From: Paragordius varius
Lineage: Eukaryota; Animalia; Nematomorpha
NCBI GenBank assembly: GCA_964247055.1
Contig: OZ176052.1
Span: 8,370,001 to 8,434,000 of the forward strand
DNA: 64,000 bases
Direction: 5' to 3'
The position numbers were made by a program, and so were the translations under genes. Shown one piece after another: positions 24,601-46,298 of this stretch. Numbering within the stretch: position 1 is the first letter of the stretch; every line of letters starts with the position of its first letter. Below the pieces are notes generated by a model. The model saw nothing but the letters and a program-made list of their open reading frames with translations, ran no database searches and was not told where the DNA came from.

Positions 24601-26728
24601 TAAAGTATCGATTACAGACTGAAAAAATAACGGTATAAAAAATATTTAATAGTTTTTTGGCGTGTCAAGAGTAATATCAAGATCTTTCTGTATTTGGCCA
24701 AAAATATGAAATTCCAAAATACAATTTGAAAATGTAATGCTATAACAATATACATAAAAAACAATATTAGTCTTGAGCTTATAAATATTTGCCACTAAAT
24801 GACGGTACAATCTTAAATGCATTTTATCAAGCATCTCAAAAATAGGCCATATAATTATATTTATCATCTTTTTACCGATATTGACTAAGCATCGATTAAT
24901 CGTAAGTATATGTACATCTTTCCGTCACAAATACATTGTAATTGAAAATGTTACAGGGATATTTTTGGTGTAATTACACTTGAATTAATAGGGTTATATG
25001 GATTTAAAATTTTATTTAATAATCTTATCACATAGGCCAAGTTTCTATATCATATAGCACAGATAATTTAATGGCTCATTTTTTGCAATCCATTTGATTT
25101 GATTTTAATTATGAATTTGGAGTAAAATATGAACTTTATTTTTGTGCAAAATTTTTATAAGCCCGTTATTTAGTAAGACATTATTCACAGGCCAATTAAT
25201 TATAAGGAGGTTGTTATAAAGATACGATCATCCATTCAAGGTATGTTAAGGTAAGACTTTCTGATATTTTGTTTATAGGAGTAAGGCTTAATAAATAAGT
25301 TTGTATTAGATATTTATTAAAATATTTCCATATTTCTTTAAAGAAAAATAAAAACCATCATTTGATTACTTTATATCTCATGAATTCTTTTATACATAAA
25401 TCAAATGCGAAATCCATATCAAGGAACGCATAGTAGAAAGATTAGTTTTTAAAGGGTGTGAGTTGTGTAGTTGTTTTAATGTAAGTTCAATCAATTTTGC
25501 ATAGATGTAGGGCACAATTATAGGTAAGATTTTTATAAATAATAATTCATTTAAAAATTTAATTATTTGATAAGATTAGGTAGAGATTCTTATTTTTTAT
25601 AATTTGACATAGCTATTTTACCAGTTCATTATTCCTCCTATTACTTTAAAATGTTTGGTAAGATATGAATTGGGTATTTCAGATTACGCATGTCGAAAGA
25701 TTAATGTCTGGAAGAATTTTTCATTTTAAATAAAATTGTACTTATACATGATTAAAAATAAGGACGTATAGCAGTTGTAAATTTGTGGCTTAAAATTAGA
25801 TTTTGCAAAATTTGACGACTCAAATTTGTGTAGGTTTTACATAGAAATTATACATTATATTAAACATATAACATATATCTGAACGCAATATCACTCTGGT
25901 AGTTAACGAACAGTGGCAATACATAAGAGTAGTTATGACCTTGCAGATAATTTTAAAATCTGTCTACATATGTGCTTAATCCATGTAACCGAAAAATTTC
26001 GCCCCTAACTCCAGAAAATAAAATTACAACAAAAATATCAACCCACTCCAATTTTTATCAACCCATAATGCAATTTAATTTTCCATTTTACATGGGGATA
26101 TGTTAAAACGTATTACAATATTATAAACTATGAAAAATTATTACTATCCGTCAAACGTGGACTAGGCAAATGTTCTAATGCCAAAACCAAATATTAAAAT
26201 GTATTTTAACTTGTACCGCCATTTGTCCCGTAAAATGTACATTAATAATGTAATCATGAATAAAAAGTTAAAATATCTATTAATCCAAAGTTATATCATT
26301 TTACATTATAATGTTACCTTAAAACCACTTAGTTTTTATATAAAAACTTTAATAATATAACTTTAAAGAGGCAAATATTTTTCATAATGTATTCAAACAA
26401 TTGTAAGGATTAAAATAAGGTTATATATATATATATTTAAACAGATTTCAATATCCGTAAAAAATATTATATAAACCTGTTTTCAGAATAATTTTGCCTA
26501 TTTTTTTCTTCTTTGGCCAAATCAACTAAATGTCCATATTCCGATTTGGCTTTAACATTCATCTTAAACATGTACCTAAAAATTACTAAATTATTACGCA
26601 TTGTAATCATCCGGCGGCAAAGTTGCCTGTGAAGATAAAAACATATCATGGGTTCTTTTCAGTGATCGGAATATTAAAGTATGAACAGAATGCTTCTGGA
26701 TAACCTCGTCGTCTGTTCTGGCAGGCAT
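21683..26728 (-). CDS. PLRG1: Pleiotropic regulator 1 (Prp46), WD40 subunit of the Prp19/NTC spliceosome complex, 10 exons
   Basis: Exons (minus strand): 26598-26728, 26477-26575, 24130-24505, 23644-23793, 23429-23530, 23250-23342, 23047-23165, 22655-22794, 22021-22214, 21683-21742. Motifs: [80 protein letters not shown] and [12 protein letters not shown]. Confidence 0.95.
22162..22357. repeat. Perfect 71-bp direct duplication (22162-22232 and 22287-22357) spanning a PLRG1 splice acceptor and exon start
   Basis: The two copies are identical base for base, with a period of 125 bp. Confidence 0.9.
25150..25700 (-). mobile_element. Highly decayed LINE reverse-transcriptase fragment in PLRG1 intron 2
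   Basis: Minus-strand frames contain TTTQL...[10 protein letters not shown] (like the RT motif FLDxxKAFD) and MDDRIFI (YADD-like), with many stops. Confidence 0.35.
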
Positions 26729-26790
26729 GTTAAACCATATAAACCGAACTTATATAAATACAAAAGAATGCGTTTATAACAGCGTCCACA

Positions 26791-27935
26791 CTGATGAAAT
26801 ATATATCTTTTGATGGGAAAATGTATTAGAATTATCATGGTACTTTTGGTTTTGGCCCTTACTAGTGATATAAAAAATTTATTAGAGTTTTGTATTACGT
26901 GCTTCATATCAAAAAATAATAATATTTGCGCACATTTTTTGATTAAAATTTTTTTAGTGATAGCAAAAAATATACCTATAATTTATCATATACATATAAA
27001 AAGCAAAACAATATTTTATAAATAAATATTTTTTTATGTGGGGTCTAAAAGTTTCCCTTTTCTGCTCTTAAATGTGGCCTCATTTACTGAAAATAAACAA
27101 AAAAATGCAGTGCTTGTGCGAGAAAATTTTTATAATATGCTAAATGTTGATATCAAATAGAAGTATTATTAAAAAATGCATAACTTTCAAAAATTAAATT
27201 TTTTTATTTAGTTGAAGCGTACTTAAAGGCATTAGGAAAACGGTATAAAAACGCTATAAGACATTTTAAAAACACTACTCTATAATGATGTTTACTGTTT
27301 AAATTCTCCCTTATTGATCAGAACATTCGTATGTATTTAATATGTTAAATCGAATTTGTTATTTTTTACCAATAATTCACCAAAATTTTAAGCAAACGAA
27401 CACTTATTAAAATTCGGAAGCGATAAAAATTTCAGCATCATTGAATTATAATGAAAAGGTGTTTCTAATGTCAAGCGTTATATACCGTTTCCATCATGCC
27501 TAAAAATAATATGAAGCACGACAAAATTTTGCAATCTAATATTTGAAAAAAGTATGCACTTTTTAAATTACTTTTAGTTTTTATCAAAATTTAGCATCTA
27601 TTTTAAATTTTATTACGCAATCTCGCCACCTTTCTTATTAAAAAAACTAGCCTATTTTAGAAGAACTAAATTTGGGACTTTCAAAGCCCATATATAACAA
27701 TTATTTTTTTAAATTGCCTATTATATGTAGTTTATGTTAAATTTTGGTGATATTTTATGGAACATTTAGCTATCACCAAAAAAAATTATTTGAAATGTGC
27801 GCAAATTTTATATTCTGATATTTACCACTTGCCAAAAAAAGCATAAATAACTTTATAATTCTTGTAAATACCAAAACCAAAAGCACCATGATAATCATGA
27901 TACATTTTTCTATCATAATATATATATTTCATCAG
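26791..27935. mobile_element. Non-autonomous DNA element with long (~270 bp) imperfect terminal inverted repeats, superfamily unassigned
   Basis: 26791-27060 and the reverse complement of 27670-27935 align (CTGATGAAATATATAT...ATTATCATGGT.CTTTTGGTTTTGG...TTTGCGCACATTT...TGATAGC). Further fragments lie at ~2300-3010 and ~61970-62235. No TSD was recognised. Confidence 0.65.
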
Positions 27936-30900
27936 CTACCTTTTTTTACTTCCCAATTAATTGAAGTGCAATATTTGAAATAATAGGTCTGTTTATATTA
28001 TTATTTTAAAACTGTACTAATAAGTTCTGAGTAATCACATGCGATTTCTATCGACACTTTATAGATGGATCATATTTTGTCCCATACCTTATAGACTATA
28101 AAAATTATCATGAAAAAATATTTTTTAAATTATGCTTATTAAACATTATCTTTATATTAAATAAAAAGATTTTGTTTATAGTTATTTAACATGAAATATA
28201 TGGATAGTGTTAAAATAACTGGAACAAACAACGGATTGTATTAATCATATTCGAAAACTTTCTGTAAAGAGTCAAATCGATAATAATTTCGTGATTATAT
28301 TAAATTTTTATTGCCAGTTTTTGTGTTAGAATAAATAAAATTTGGCGGCAAAAATTTTGTGATGAGTATTTTTTTAATTTTACATTTTTTTAAGTTTTTA
28401 ATTTATCCTAAGAATGTATGTGGCCCAATATTAAAGATACTGTTTAATGAGCGCAACATAAATGTCGGGAAATAAAAATTTATATTCTAGAGTTTTACAT
28501 AAAAAAAAATTTCCGAAAAAATGGATGTTTTGCTTAAAAATTTATTTTATAGTTAAAAGCATACTTCATACTATTTTGAGGCATGAATGGAAGGGTACAA
28601 CGTCTTAAGCATCACTTAAAAATTTTGATTTAAATGTTCGTTTGTTAAAGTTGGCCAAAATTTTGTAAAAAATTATATATTTTGAGATGGACCAATATAT
28701 TAATCAAAATTACATGATAGAAATGTTCAGCATCGCGAATTATATATATATATATATATATATAATTTCTACTTTTTAAAAAATATTTTGTTTCAATACA
28801 TTTTTACTATGCATTTTTTAATCGTTTACGTGCACAACTAATTTTGCGCGAATCATGGCGGCTACTAATTTTGGATCACCCTTCTGTACTAATGAACTGA
28901 TTTCGGTCAGTATTACGGTATTCATTTTCTATACTCTATAGGATGGGGTTTTAGCGAAAAATACCCTTACGTAAATTGACTTTTAATTGCTATATCTAAT
29001 TGATTTATTTCACCTGGCTTTGTAGTGCGCCAAATTGTTTCCAGTATTATTTTATAGATAAAAAAAATGGCGAAATTGATAAAAATACCATCTTAGAATT
29101 CTCATAATAACATGTATGCAATTCCCATATTTCCTTAAATAAATATATTGTAACAAATATTGATAAAACCTTATGAATTATTATAATTTATAAGGTAAAA
29201 ATCAGTTTGTTATAATTTCTATATAGATAAACAGAGGGAATGAATTGTAAGAGAATGCGAATTTAGGGTAAAAAACTTAGTTTTTCTAATTTTAATATTT
29301 TGGATAAGAAACTCACCAACTCATAATCCGTAACTATTTGACTTTATGCTGCATAGCAAAAAAACTGTGTTTAAGCATTTGGCAGTTTTATAAGATTTCG
29401 TTATTAATTATTTATTAATCAAAATGGCTGAAACTTCGTAAATCAATAGATAATGGGAAAATACGTAAATTTATAAACTTGTGTTTCAACAAGCATCGAC
29501 ATTTATAAAAAATTAAAAAATATGATTATTTGAAACAAAATTAATCATATCCTAATAAAATGTTTGTGGGATTTTCGAAATGTGAAAAATTAAACTGAAG
29601 TATCGATTTTGTCTAAATACGCCTAATTTTAAGTAGCTTTATAAATATTTGCAGTAAAACGCGTGTTTGACCCGTTCGGTAAATAATAGATAAATATAAA
29701 ATCGCTTTTTCCAAATATATTCCAAAATTTTTAATAAACCATAAAGCTTTTACAAGGGAAACATGAAATTTTGTAAGTACGATAGTTTGGCATTTTCGGC
29801 GCTTTACAATATAAATGTCGAAACTTATTAAATTATATATTACTATTATCTATTTTGCTAAATTTAGCCATTTTGATTCAAAAATTAACGAAAATTAAAG
29901 ACTGTTTAAAATTAAGTTTGTTTATAACCTTTTATACCACATGACGCTTAAGTTTTTGGATTATGAATGCTGGTGAATGTATACCTATACAATAATTATA
30001 TTTTTGACCCTACATTTGGCACTATTATATTTTACAAAATTGGGTTATTAACCACTTATAAATACAGTTCCTCTATTAATACAGGGTTTAGCGGCATAAT
30101 TAGTCAATTAATGCTTGTATAAAATAATACAGCATAAATGATCGATTAAATTAATTTATACACATATTTTAAAAATAAAGAAAATTTGATAAAACTTTTT
30201 AACTTTCCATTTTCATATTAATTTAAGTTGTATGTGTTTATATTTATATATAAAATAATAAAAATATATTCAAATTTTCCAACTACGAACGGTCACAATT
30301 ATTGTCTAAAGTATATTTAGGCATTTTTATATTTTGATTCAATATAGATTTCTGAAGCTTAGCACCAAAGAATATGTTATTGCCCATTTTGGCATTTTTT
30401 GAAATACCCGTCGAAGCATATTTTATTATCAATAATAAAAAAAATAAATCATTATTTTAGAGTATACATTTTATTTACTTATTTTATATGACAAAATGGT
30501 GATGATAGATTCAGAAAAAGGTAAAAAAATTGCAATGTTTAAAGCGAATTTATAATATATATATTATTGTATATTAAAAAGTCTATAATTTTAAGTAAAT
30601 ATTGATTTAGAGTTGTAATATAAAAAAGGCCCTATATAGTACATGTTACGCTTTCAATCAAGAAAAGATAAATTGCGCGCGTAATTATTCCTATAAATAT
30701 AATAATGACTCTTGGACCATATGGCACCACTATTCAGTCTTGCTACACCCAAATATATGCAAGATTTTTAATATATTAATAGTTAAAAGTAATTTACACT
30801 TTGTAAGTAGCCGTATAAATCTTATAAATATAATATTTTGACTGCAAAAATGTAAAAATTGCAATTTTAGATATATGGAATTAATTAAAGATTTTTTTGA

Positions 30901-31788
30901 AGGAAGAAAAAAGGCTTTTAATTTTGGCAATTTGTCATCACTCGCTTAGAACGACATATGGTGCTGTTGACTTTAGTAAAAAATTGGTTCCAAGATATCT
31001 GTAAATTTTAAATTGGTAAATTGAATGTTTTATCATTACAAATTATTTTTAAATCTCGTTAACGGGGAAGTTAGTCCTATGAACTATAACAAAATCAATG
31101 GTTTTGGAATGATCTCTAGATAAATGTGTTTAACATATCACATTTATTTATAGTCAAAAATCACAAGACAAAAAAATCATGAGCTGTTTTCAATATTTAT
31201 TTAATAGGTATTTCAAAATGAGTAGTTACAAATAAACACAAAAAATATTTAACAAGTTTATCCTTTAGCTACCATTCAAATTTATTTTTTTCAAAAATAC
31301 ATTTTTTAATCATGTGTGAAAGGAATTTATTCGGAACCAACAAAGAGTAAATTTAACCACTTTTAAGGACCGTTAGCTAAAAATTCTCTCTAAAAACTGG
31401 ACCAGGAGTTCTAACCACAACCGCGGTTCACAGTTTATGCTTTTAATTGAATTTATATTGTTGCTTATTATATTTGACAGATAAAATAATTTTTTAAAAT
31501 TTTAAAGTAAAGTAGAATATTAAATTTTGTTCTCTATATATATGTATATATTTTTTTGACTACTCATAATATAAGATAGATCAAATGGAAACAAAAAATC
31601 ATAATCACTTGACCAAAAAATAATAGAACTTAAACCGGTAAAAAAAATTCCAGGAACTAGAACCAGAAAAGGTTCTGGTTTTATCCCCTATTTCCGTGTG
31701 ACCTATTGCAACAATCCCTATGTAGGCACATATTGGATATAACTGCTTGTGCACACTACCAAAAAATTTTTATGCCAAAATTGCAAAG

Positions 31789-31823
<35 letters not shown>

Positions 31824-32478
31824 GCAAATCATATAAAAACCCAAGTCAAATAGTTGTGTCTTACTAATGAGTGCTAACAAGCACGAAACTAGTCTGCGAT
31901 TATTGTCGAAGTGTTTCACATATTATGTATAAATATAATTTTCAATTTTTTTTTAATTTCGTTTTTCATTCATTATCTTACGGAATTAAAAACTGTTATT
32001 AGCTACTTAATATTTATATGTCAATGTTTAATTCCCTATGCATACTTAATACGCATGCAATAAATATGCTATCCAATAAAATTGCAACCCATTTTATATT
32101 AGTTTCGACCGTTTAACAGTATATATATTATTTAGAAGATGGTACAGTTTCAGAGTTTTGGTAATTCAATTTTAGAATTTCTAACAAAAAATGTACGCGA
32201 CCGTTATTCAACTTTTCTCTATTGAGGAATGTCCTTTAAAAATAGTGAATTTACGTAAAATCATGAATATACCACATTCATTTCAGCCCTTCGAATTGGG
32301 ATCGTTGGTGACTCCACGCCTGTTTAAAATTAATTAATACAAAAAATATGGAATGATGATATTACTTATTTTATGGATAAACCTCAAGGTAAAATTCAAC
32401 CAACATGACATGTGTGTATCTAAATATAAAAATAATGCGAAATAATAACTTGTTCTCTTTATAATAGTGATGTGATAA

Positions 32479-33676
32479 CACTTGGATACAACAGGGGTTG
32501 TGCTGACCAAGTCATGACTCGGACAATTGACCGGGTCATGACTTGGTCAGTGATTATTTATTTTTTGACCCTGGTCCTTTAAAAACAGCTGTTTTTTGAA
32601 AAAATTGCTGGTAAATTTTTTTTGGAAGTGAAATAGTAAGATTTTATTGTGTTAATTTTTAAAAAATATAAATTAATTATTTAAATATGCTTATTTAACA
32701 ATATAATATTGTTAACATGCATCTTATAACATTAGCATTTAAGCATATCCAGTTATTTCGAAAAACAAAATCAAGCACTTTGCAAAATATGCAATTACTC
32801 CATATATGTGAACCAATAAAATGAAAAAACATTTTATAATTGGATATTACAATGATAAAAGAAAGTGTAAAACAAACTAGGTTAAATTTTATTTGAAATA
32901 TCCAGTATTAAAAGCTATGTATTAGAAGATTCAAAAGGCCACAAACATGTGGAAAAATTTATTTGAAAACAAAATTCTTGATTGAATTTGATTGAAAATA
33001 TTTGTAAATATAAAATATCCAAAAATGTATAATATAAACTTTTAAGAAAAAACATGACATTATTAGTGAAACGCAAGTGTCGTAAGAACATTATTTTCAC
33101 TATCCAATAGCATGATATGACCATGGTCTAACTGGGCCTGACTGGACTTTTTTTGAAAAAGTAGTCAAATGAACAACCCTAGATACAACACATTCATTTC
33201 AGCCTTTCGATTCAAATTGGGATAACTAGTGACCCCAGATCTGTTTAAAATTAAAATTTTAAAAAAAATGGAATAAATTGAAACCATTCCAGAAGTTTGC
33301 ACCTTTTTTTCATGAACCGAAACATAAATTAAGCGTTGTTATAAAAAATTGGATAAGCCTGACGGTAAAAAATTAGTTAACATGACATGTGTGCAATAGC
33401 TAAATCAATACAAAATATACCATTTTTTCGGTCTATATATGTTAGATGCGATATAAAAATTTAGCATTAATTTTAGCGTTTTAATCAAAAACACTATATT
33501 TTGCGAAGTTTTTAAATATATATGGTGTCGATTAAGTTTGATATGGAGCTTCTTTAAAAACTAATATTTAGATATTTTGGTTAATTTATATAATTTTGAT
33601 TACCGTTTCAGATTATTTATAAATTTTATACATATATGGTCTGGGGTCACTAGTTACCCCAATTTAAATCGAAATG
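32479..33676. mobile_element. TTAA-type MITE family E (reverse copy), interrupted by hAT MITE family F
   Basis: It begins CACTTGGATACAAC and ends AATCGAAATG, and matches the copy at 58448-59029. Subterminal TGGGG-n-CCCCA hairpins are present. Confidence 0.7.
32493..33181. mobile_element. hAT MITE family F with a perfect 8-bp TSD
   Basis: The ends are AGGGGTTGTGC and GAACAACCCTA, flanked by GATACAAC at 32485-32492 and 33182-33189. It matches 57527-59389 in reverse orientation. Confidence 0.8.
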
Positions 33677-33759
33677 TAAAGTGTGTATAATTATAAATAC
33701 TTTTATGGTAGTTGATTTTTTAAGATTGTTTCATTTTAAAACATAACCTTAACGTTTCA

Positions 33760-34180
33760 TGACCTTTTCTCTTTTTTGTCCTGGTCTTTTTGAATAGTTT
33801 TATATCCCACAGCTTATTTAATGAATAAACTACAGTTTAAAGTTGTTTTAGTTGAAATTTAATTATAAATTGTTTTCGTATTAGATAATAAAGCTTATAT
33901 TTTTACAATTATGTGACTTTTAAAGTCTGAAATTGGGACAGCTCCAAAACACGATTGAAACGAACAGCTGATATGTATCAAATATATCGAGTTTTTTCTG
34001 GTAAAATGTAGTCTAAAACCTTTTTAAAGTTAATTATTTGTATTTTCTAACTATAACATAAATTTGTTTCCATGTTGCATTAGCGATGAAAAATTTATAG
34101 AAAAAAATGGCGGCAAAAAAGTTCAAGATGAGGATTTTTTTTTACAATTTTACATAAATTTTTTGTATAATGCGCCTAAA
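33760..34180. repeat. Dispersed repeat family H
   Basis: Aligns in reverse with ~59985-60330 (GGACAGCTCCAAA.CACGATT, AAAGTTAATTATTT, GATGAGGATTTTT). Partial copies lie at ~28240-28390 and ~62480-62640. Confidence 0.65.
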
Positions 34181-35654
34181 AGGTTAAAGAATGCTTTTTC
34201 GGCTTAATAGCTTATATACTTTTCAGGATATTTAAATTTCAAATCGCTTTGACATATAAACCTACCCCAAATGGTAATGAAGTGTTAAATAATAATTTAG
34301 AATACTATGCGATGGGATGCAAATAAAATATTTATTCAAAATATTTACACCCGAAACCGAAATCAAACACTAAGATCGCACAATTAAAAATTACTTAAAA
34401 AATACGCTTATAAAAGTTTGGTACCGGTATTAAAACCCATACCACCATTCCAAACAGTCCAATAAATAAATTTTATTCGAATTACAGAACTGTTTTTGCA
34501 TAGATTGATGTGGTAAATCTAGTTGTTTGCTGAAGCGGGCAGATGTAAATTGAAAATTAGTATTCCGGCATAAGTGATTATTTTAGAATAAAATTAATTT
34601 TTTATGTATGATCTTGACAGCGGCATATAAGGGTTCTCTAGAAGGTATAATGTCGATTCCTAAAATATTATTTGGGCAACACAAGTTATTCCATAATTGC
34701 TCCATCAGTTTTTTGTATAGGTAAAATTTATGATAAAATATTTTTGAGCCAATAAATAAAATTTATCATCCTGCTTTCCGACAAAGCTTAAAAATCATGG
34801 AATATATGAAGAGACTACACAAATTTTGACAAAATATGTAAATAAGTCAAGTAGCGTCGTCATTTTATAATATTATTTAAACATATATTTATTTTATTAC
34901 ATTGTGCATGTACCACATTATGTTAATTGCAAATGGCAAATTTACTTTTTTTAGTTGGATATTTACACCTCATAAAATTTTTTAAACTAATTAACGCTTA
35001 AGTGTGATAAAATTCTTCTTTATTTAGTTTTATTAGATGCAAAAAATATAATTTGGAGTGATTATTTTACATTATATTATATTAGATTTTATTTGTTTAA
35101 TTTCCGATTTTTTTTATAAAAAATTCATTTTAGGTTGTTTTGCACCTGGGATTTTTTGTTACAATAATAATATATGAACTATTAATCAATAAAATATTGT
35201 GATAATGATTATGTAAAAAAAGAATCAAGAGAAACCTGACAAATACGGTTGTTATATTAATTACAAAGGCCATTTTAAACAATTTTCGAAATATATTTTA
35301 TATTTATATATATTAAATAAAAATTAATTTATAAAAGTAAGGTATATATAACAGAAAATACAAAAGGTAGCATATCTCCAAATTATTAATATATAATAAT
35401 ACATAATTGCAAAACTAAATATATTAAAAAAAAACTACAAATGTACGCACATATATTGGTTAAAATATTAATTTTATGATTGACACCTCTCTGTCTAAAC
35501 ATACAAAATGTTGTGTATAATAATAATAGCAATCGCTATATGATACCACAAAATATTTATTTTTTTCAATATATGTAAAGAAAATTATTTAAATTAGTTA
35601 TAGAATAAATCGAAATATGTTATTAATAGTAAATTTGTGAAATAATTATTTTTA

Positions 35655-44558
<8,904 letters not shown>

Positions 44559-44623
44559 TCAATATTTTTTTGGATTTAATTAATGTTTTTTTCGGTATGA
44601 ATAGATCACAAATGCAATATAGT

Positions 44624-44985
44624 ATATTTTTGATTTTTTAAATAAATTTATCGCTTCTACATCCATTAATAGCAAAAAAGTAATTATATTTATAATACAG
44701 CCAATTGGTATTAGGTATTATTAGCTAATTTCAATTTTACAACCACATATTTATCAAAACATAAGTGGTAGAAAAATATTTAATTTATTAAAACTTATCT
44801 AGAATATTTTTGATTTTTTAAATAAATTTATCGCTTCTACATCCATTAGTAGCAAAAAGGTAATTATATTTATAATACAGCCAATTGGTATTAGGTGTTA
44901 TAATCTAATTTCAATTTTACAACCACATATTTAGGATCGAAACATGAATGATAGAAAAATATTTAATTTAATAAAACTTATCTAG
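44624..44985. repeat. Tandem duplication, two copies of ~180 bp, downstream of the Lhx3/4 stop codon
   Basis: 44624-44803 and 44804-44985 are near-identical, and each contains AATAAA. Confidence 0.9.
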
Positions 44986-45659
44986 ATATATCTTTTATTA
45001 AAACTTATATTGTTACTGCTGAGGGCAGACAACGCTTTAGTTATATTTGTCCAAAATGTATAGTTTTAGTTCCTGTTTTGCCTGGACATGTTATAATAAA
45101 TTTAAATAAATTTAACCTCTTAAATCAGCTTTATGTAAATATTATTTTATTTTTGGCATAAAATTTTTGTTAATTATGATAAACTAGGCATCAAAAATTG
45201 TATTCCTCCGCAAAAATGATTGAATATTTTTATTATAATAATTAATTTAATATATATTTGGTAAAACAATAATTCCGCATAATTATATATATATATATAT
45301 ATATATATAATTTAATTTATTAAATATTAATATAAGCATAATCCTTGTTTAATTCCATATCAATTATGTGCGATGCTATGCATTTTCTATAAGGTAAAAA
45401 GAATGTAATAGAAAAATGTGATTAAAAATATAGGGGATATATAGGAAGTTAGTTGTGGAAATATTTAGTTTTTGTAAACTGTATGACTCAAAACTATAAT
45501 TTAATTATAAGCTTTATGATAAACATACATATTACCCATCTTAAAACTTCGAAACAGCGTATTAAAATTTCCATTAATAATATGGATATATTAAGATATT
45601 TTTATCTATAAACAATAAAATATACTCTAGGCTCCACAAAAATTACATAAATAAATTGC

Positions 45660-46240
45660 AATTTTATCGAAAATATTTAACTACTAAAATAAAAAAACAT
45701 CATTAATATGTTAAATTAAATTTTTAAAATGGAAAAAAATACCATGCACTAAAACACATAATTAATAATAAATACATCAAACTTGAAACGAAATCGCATA
45801 CCATTATCCGTCCTGCACTAACCTACGGTACGGAATGTTGGCCCATGACAAAGTCAAACCTTGGTAAATTCCAAAAATCAGAATTTAAAATACTCAAAAC
45901 AATCCTTTTTGTATAAGATCCTAAACTCTATAACTTTAAATTCAACCCGTATAAAATCCTTAATATCACTGCTCTTGATCGCTTTCTAAGAGTTAAAAGA
46001 CTGAGATGGGCTGGCCACATCCATCGTAGACCACCAGATAATTATATATATATAATGATGTCCAACTCCACACTTAGCTCAAAGCCTGGCAGACCCTACA
46101 AAAACTGGATCAGTACTATATAGATGATCTTACTGAGGTCAATTTAAAAATAGAAGATGCGGAAAATAGAAACAATTGGAAAACAGCAATAAAAACTTAT
46201 CTCAAATCAGCTACCTTCAACTCTGAAGAACAACAGCTTT
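45660..46240 (+). mobile_element. Decayed 3' fragment of an RTE LINE between Lhx3/4 and VPS53
   Basis: It translates as IIRPALTYGTECWPM, KRLRWAGHIHRRP, PGRPYKNW and AENRNNWK, with stops. Confidence 0.85.
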
Positions 46241-46298
46241 GATGATTGCTAAAATGACAAATATGAAATTAAGATCATTCTTTTCATAAATTTTAATT

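Noticed and set aside
34622-34645. Possible 24-nt micro-exon upstream of Lhx3/4
   Set aside because: Only AG/GT flanks support it; there is no homology or upstream start.
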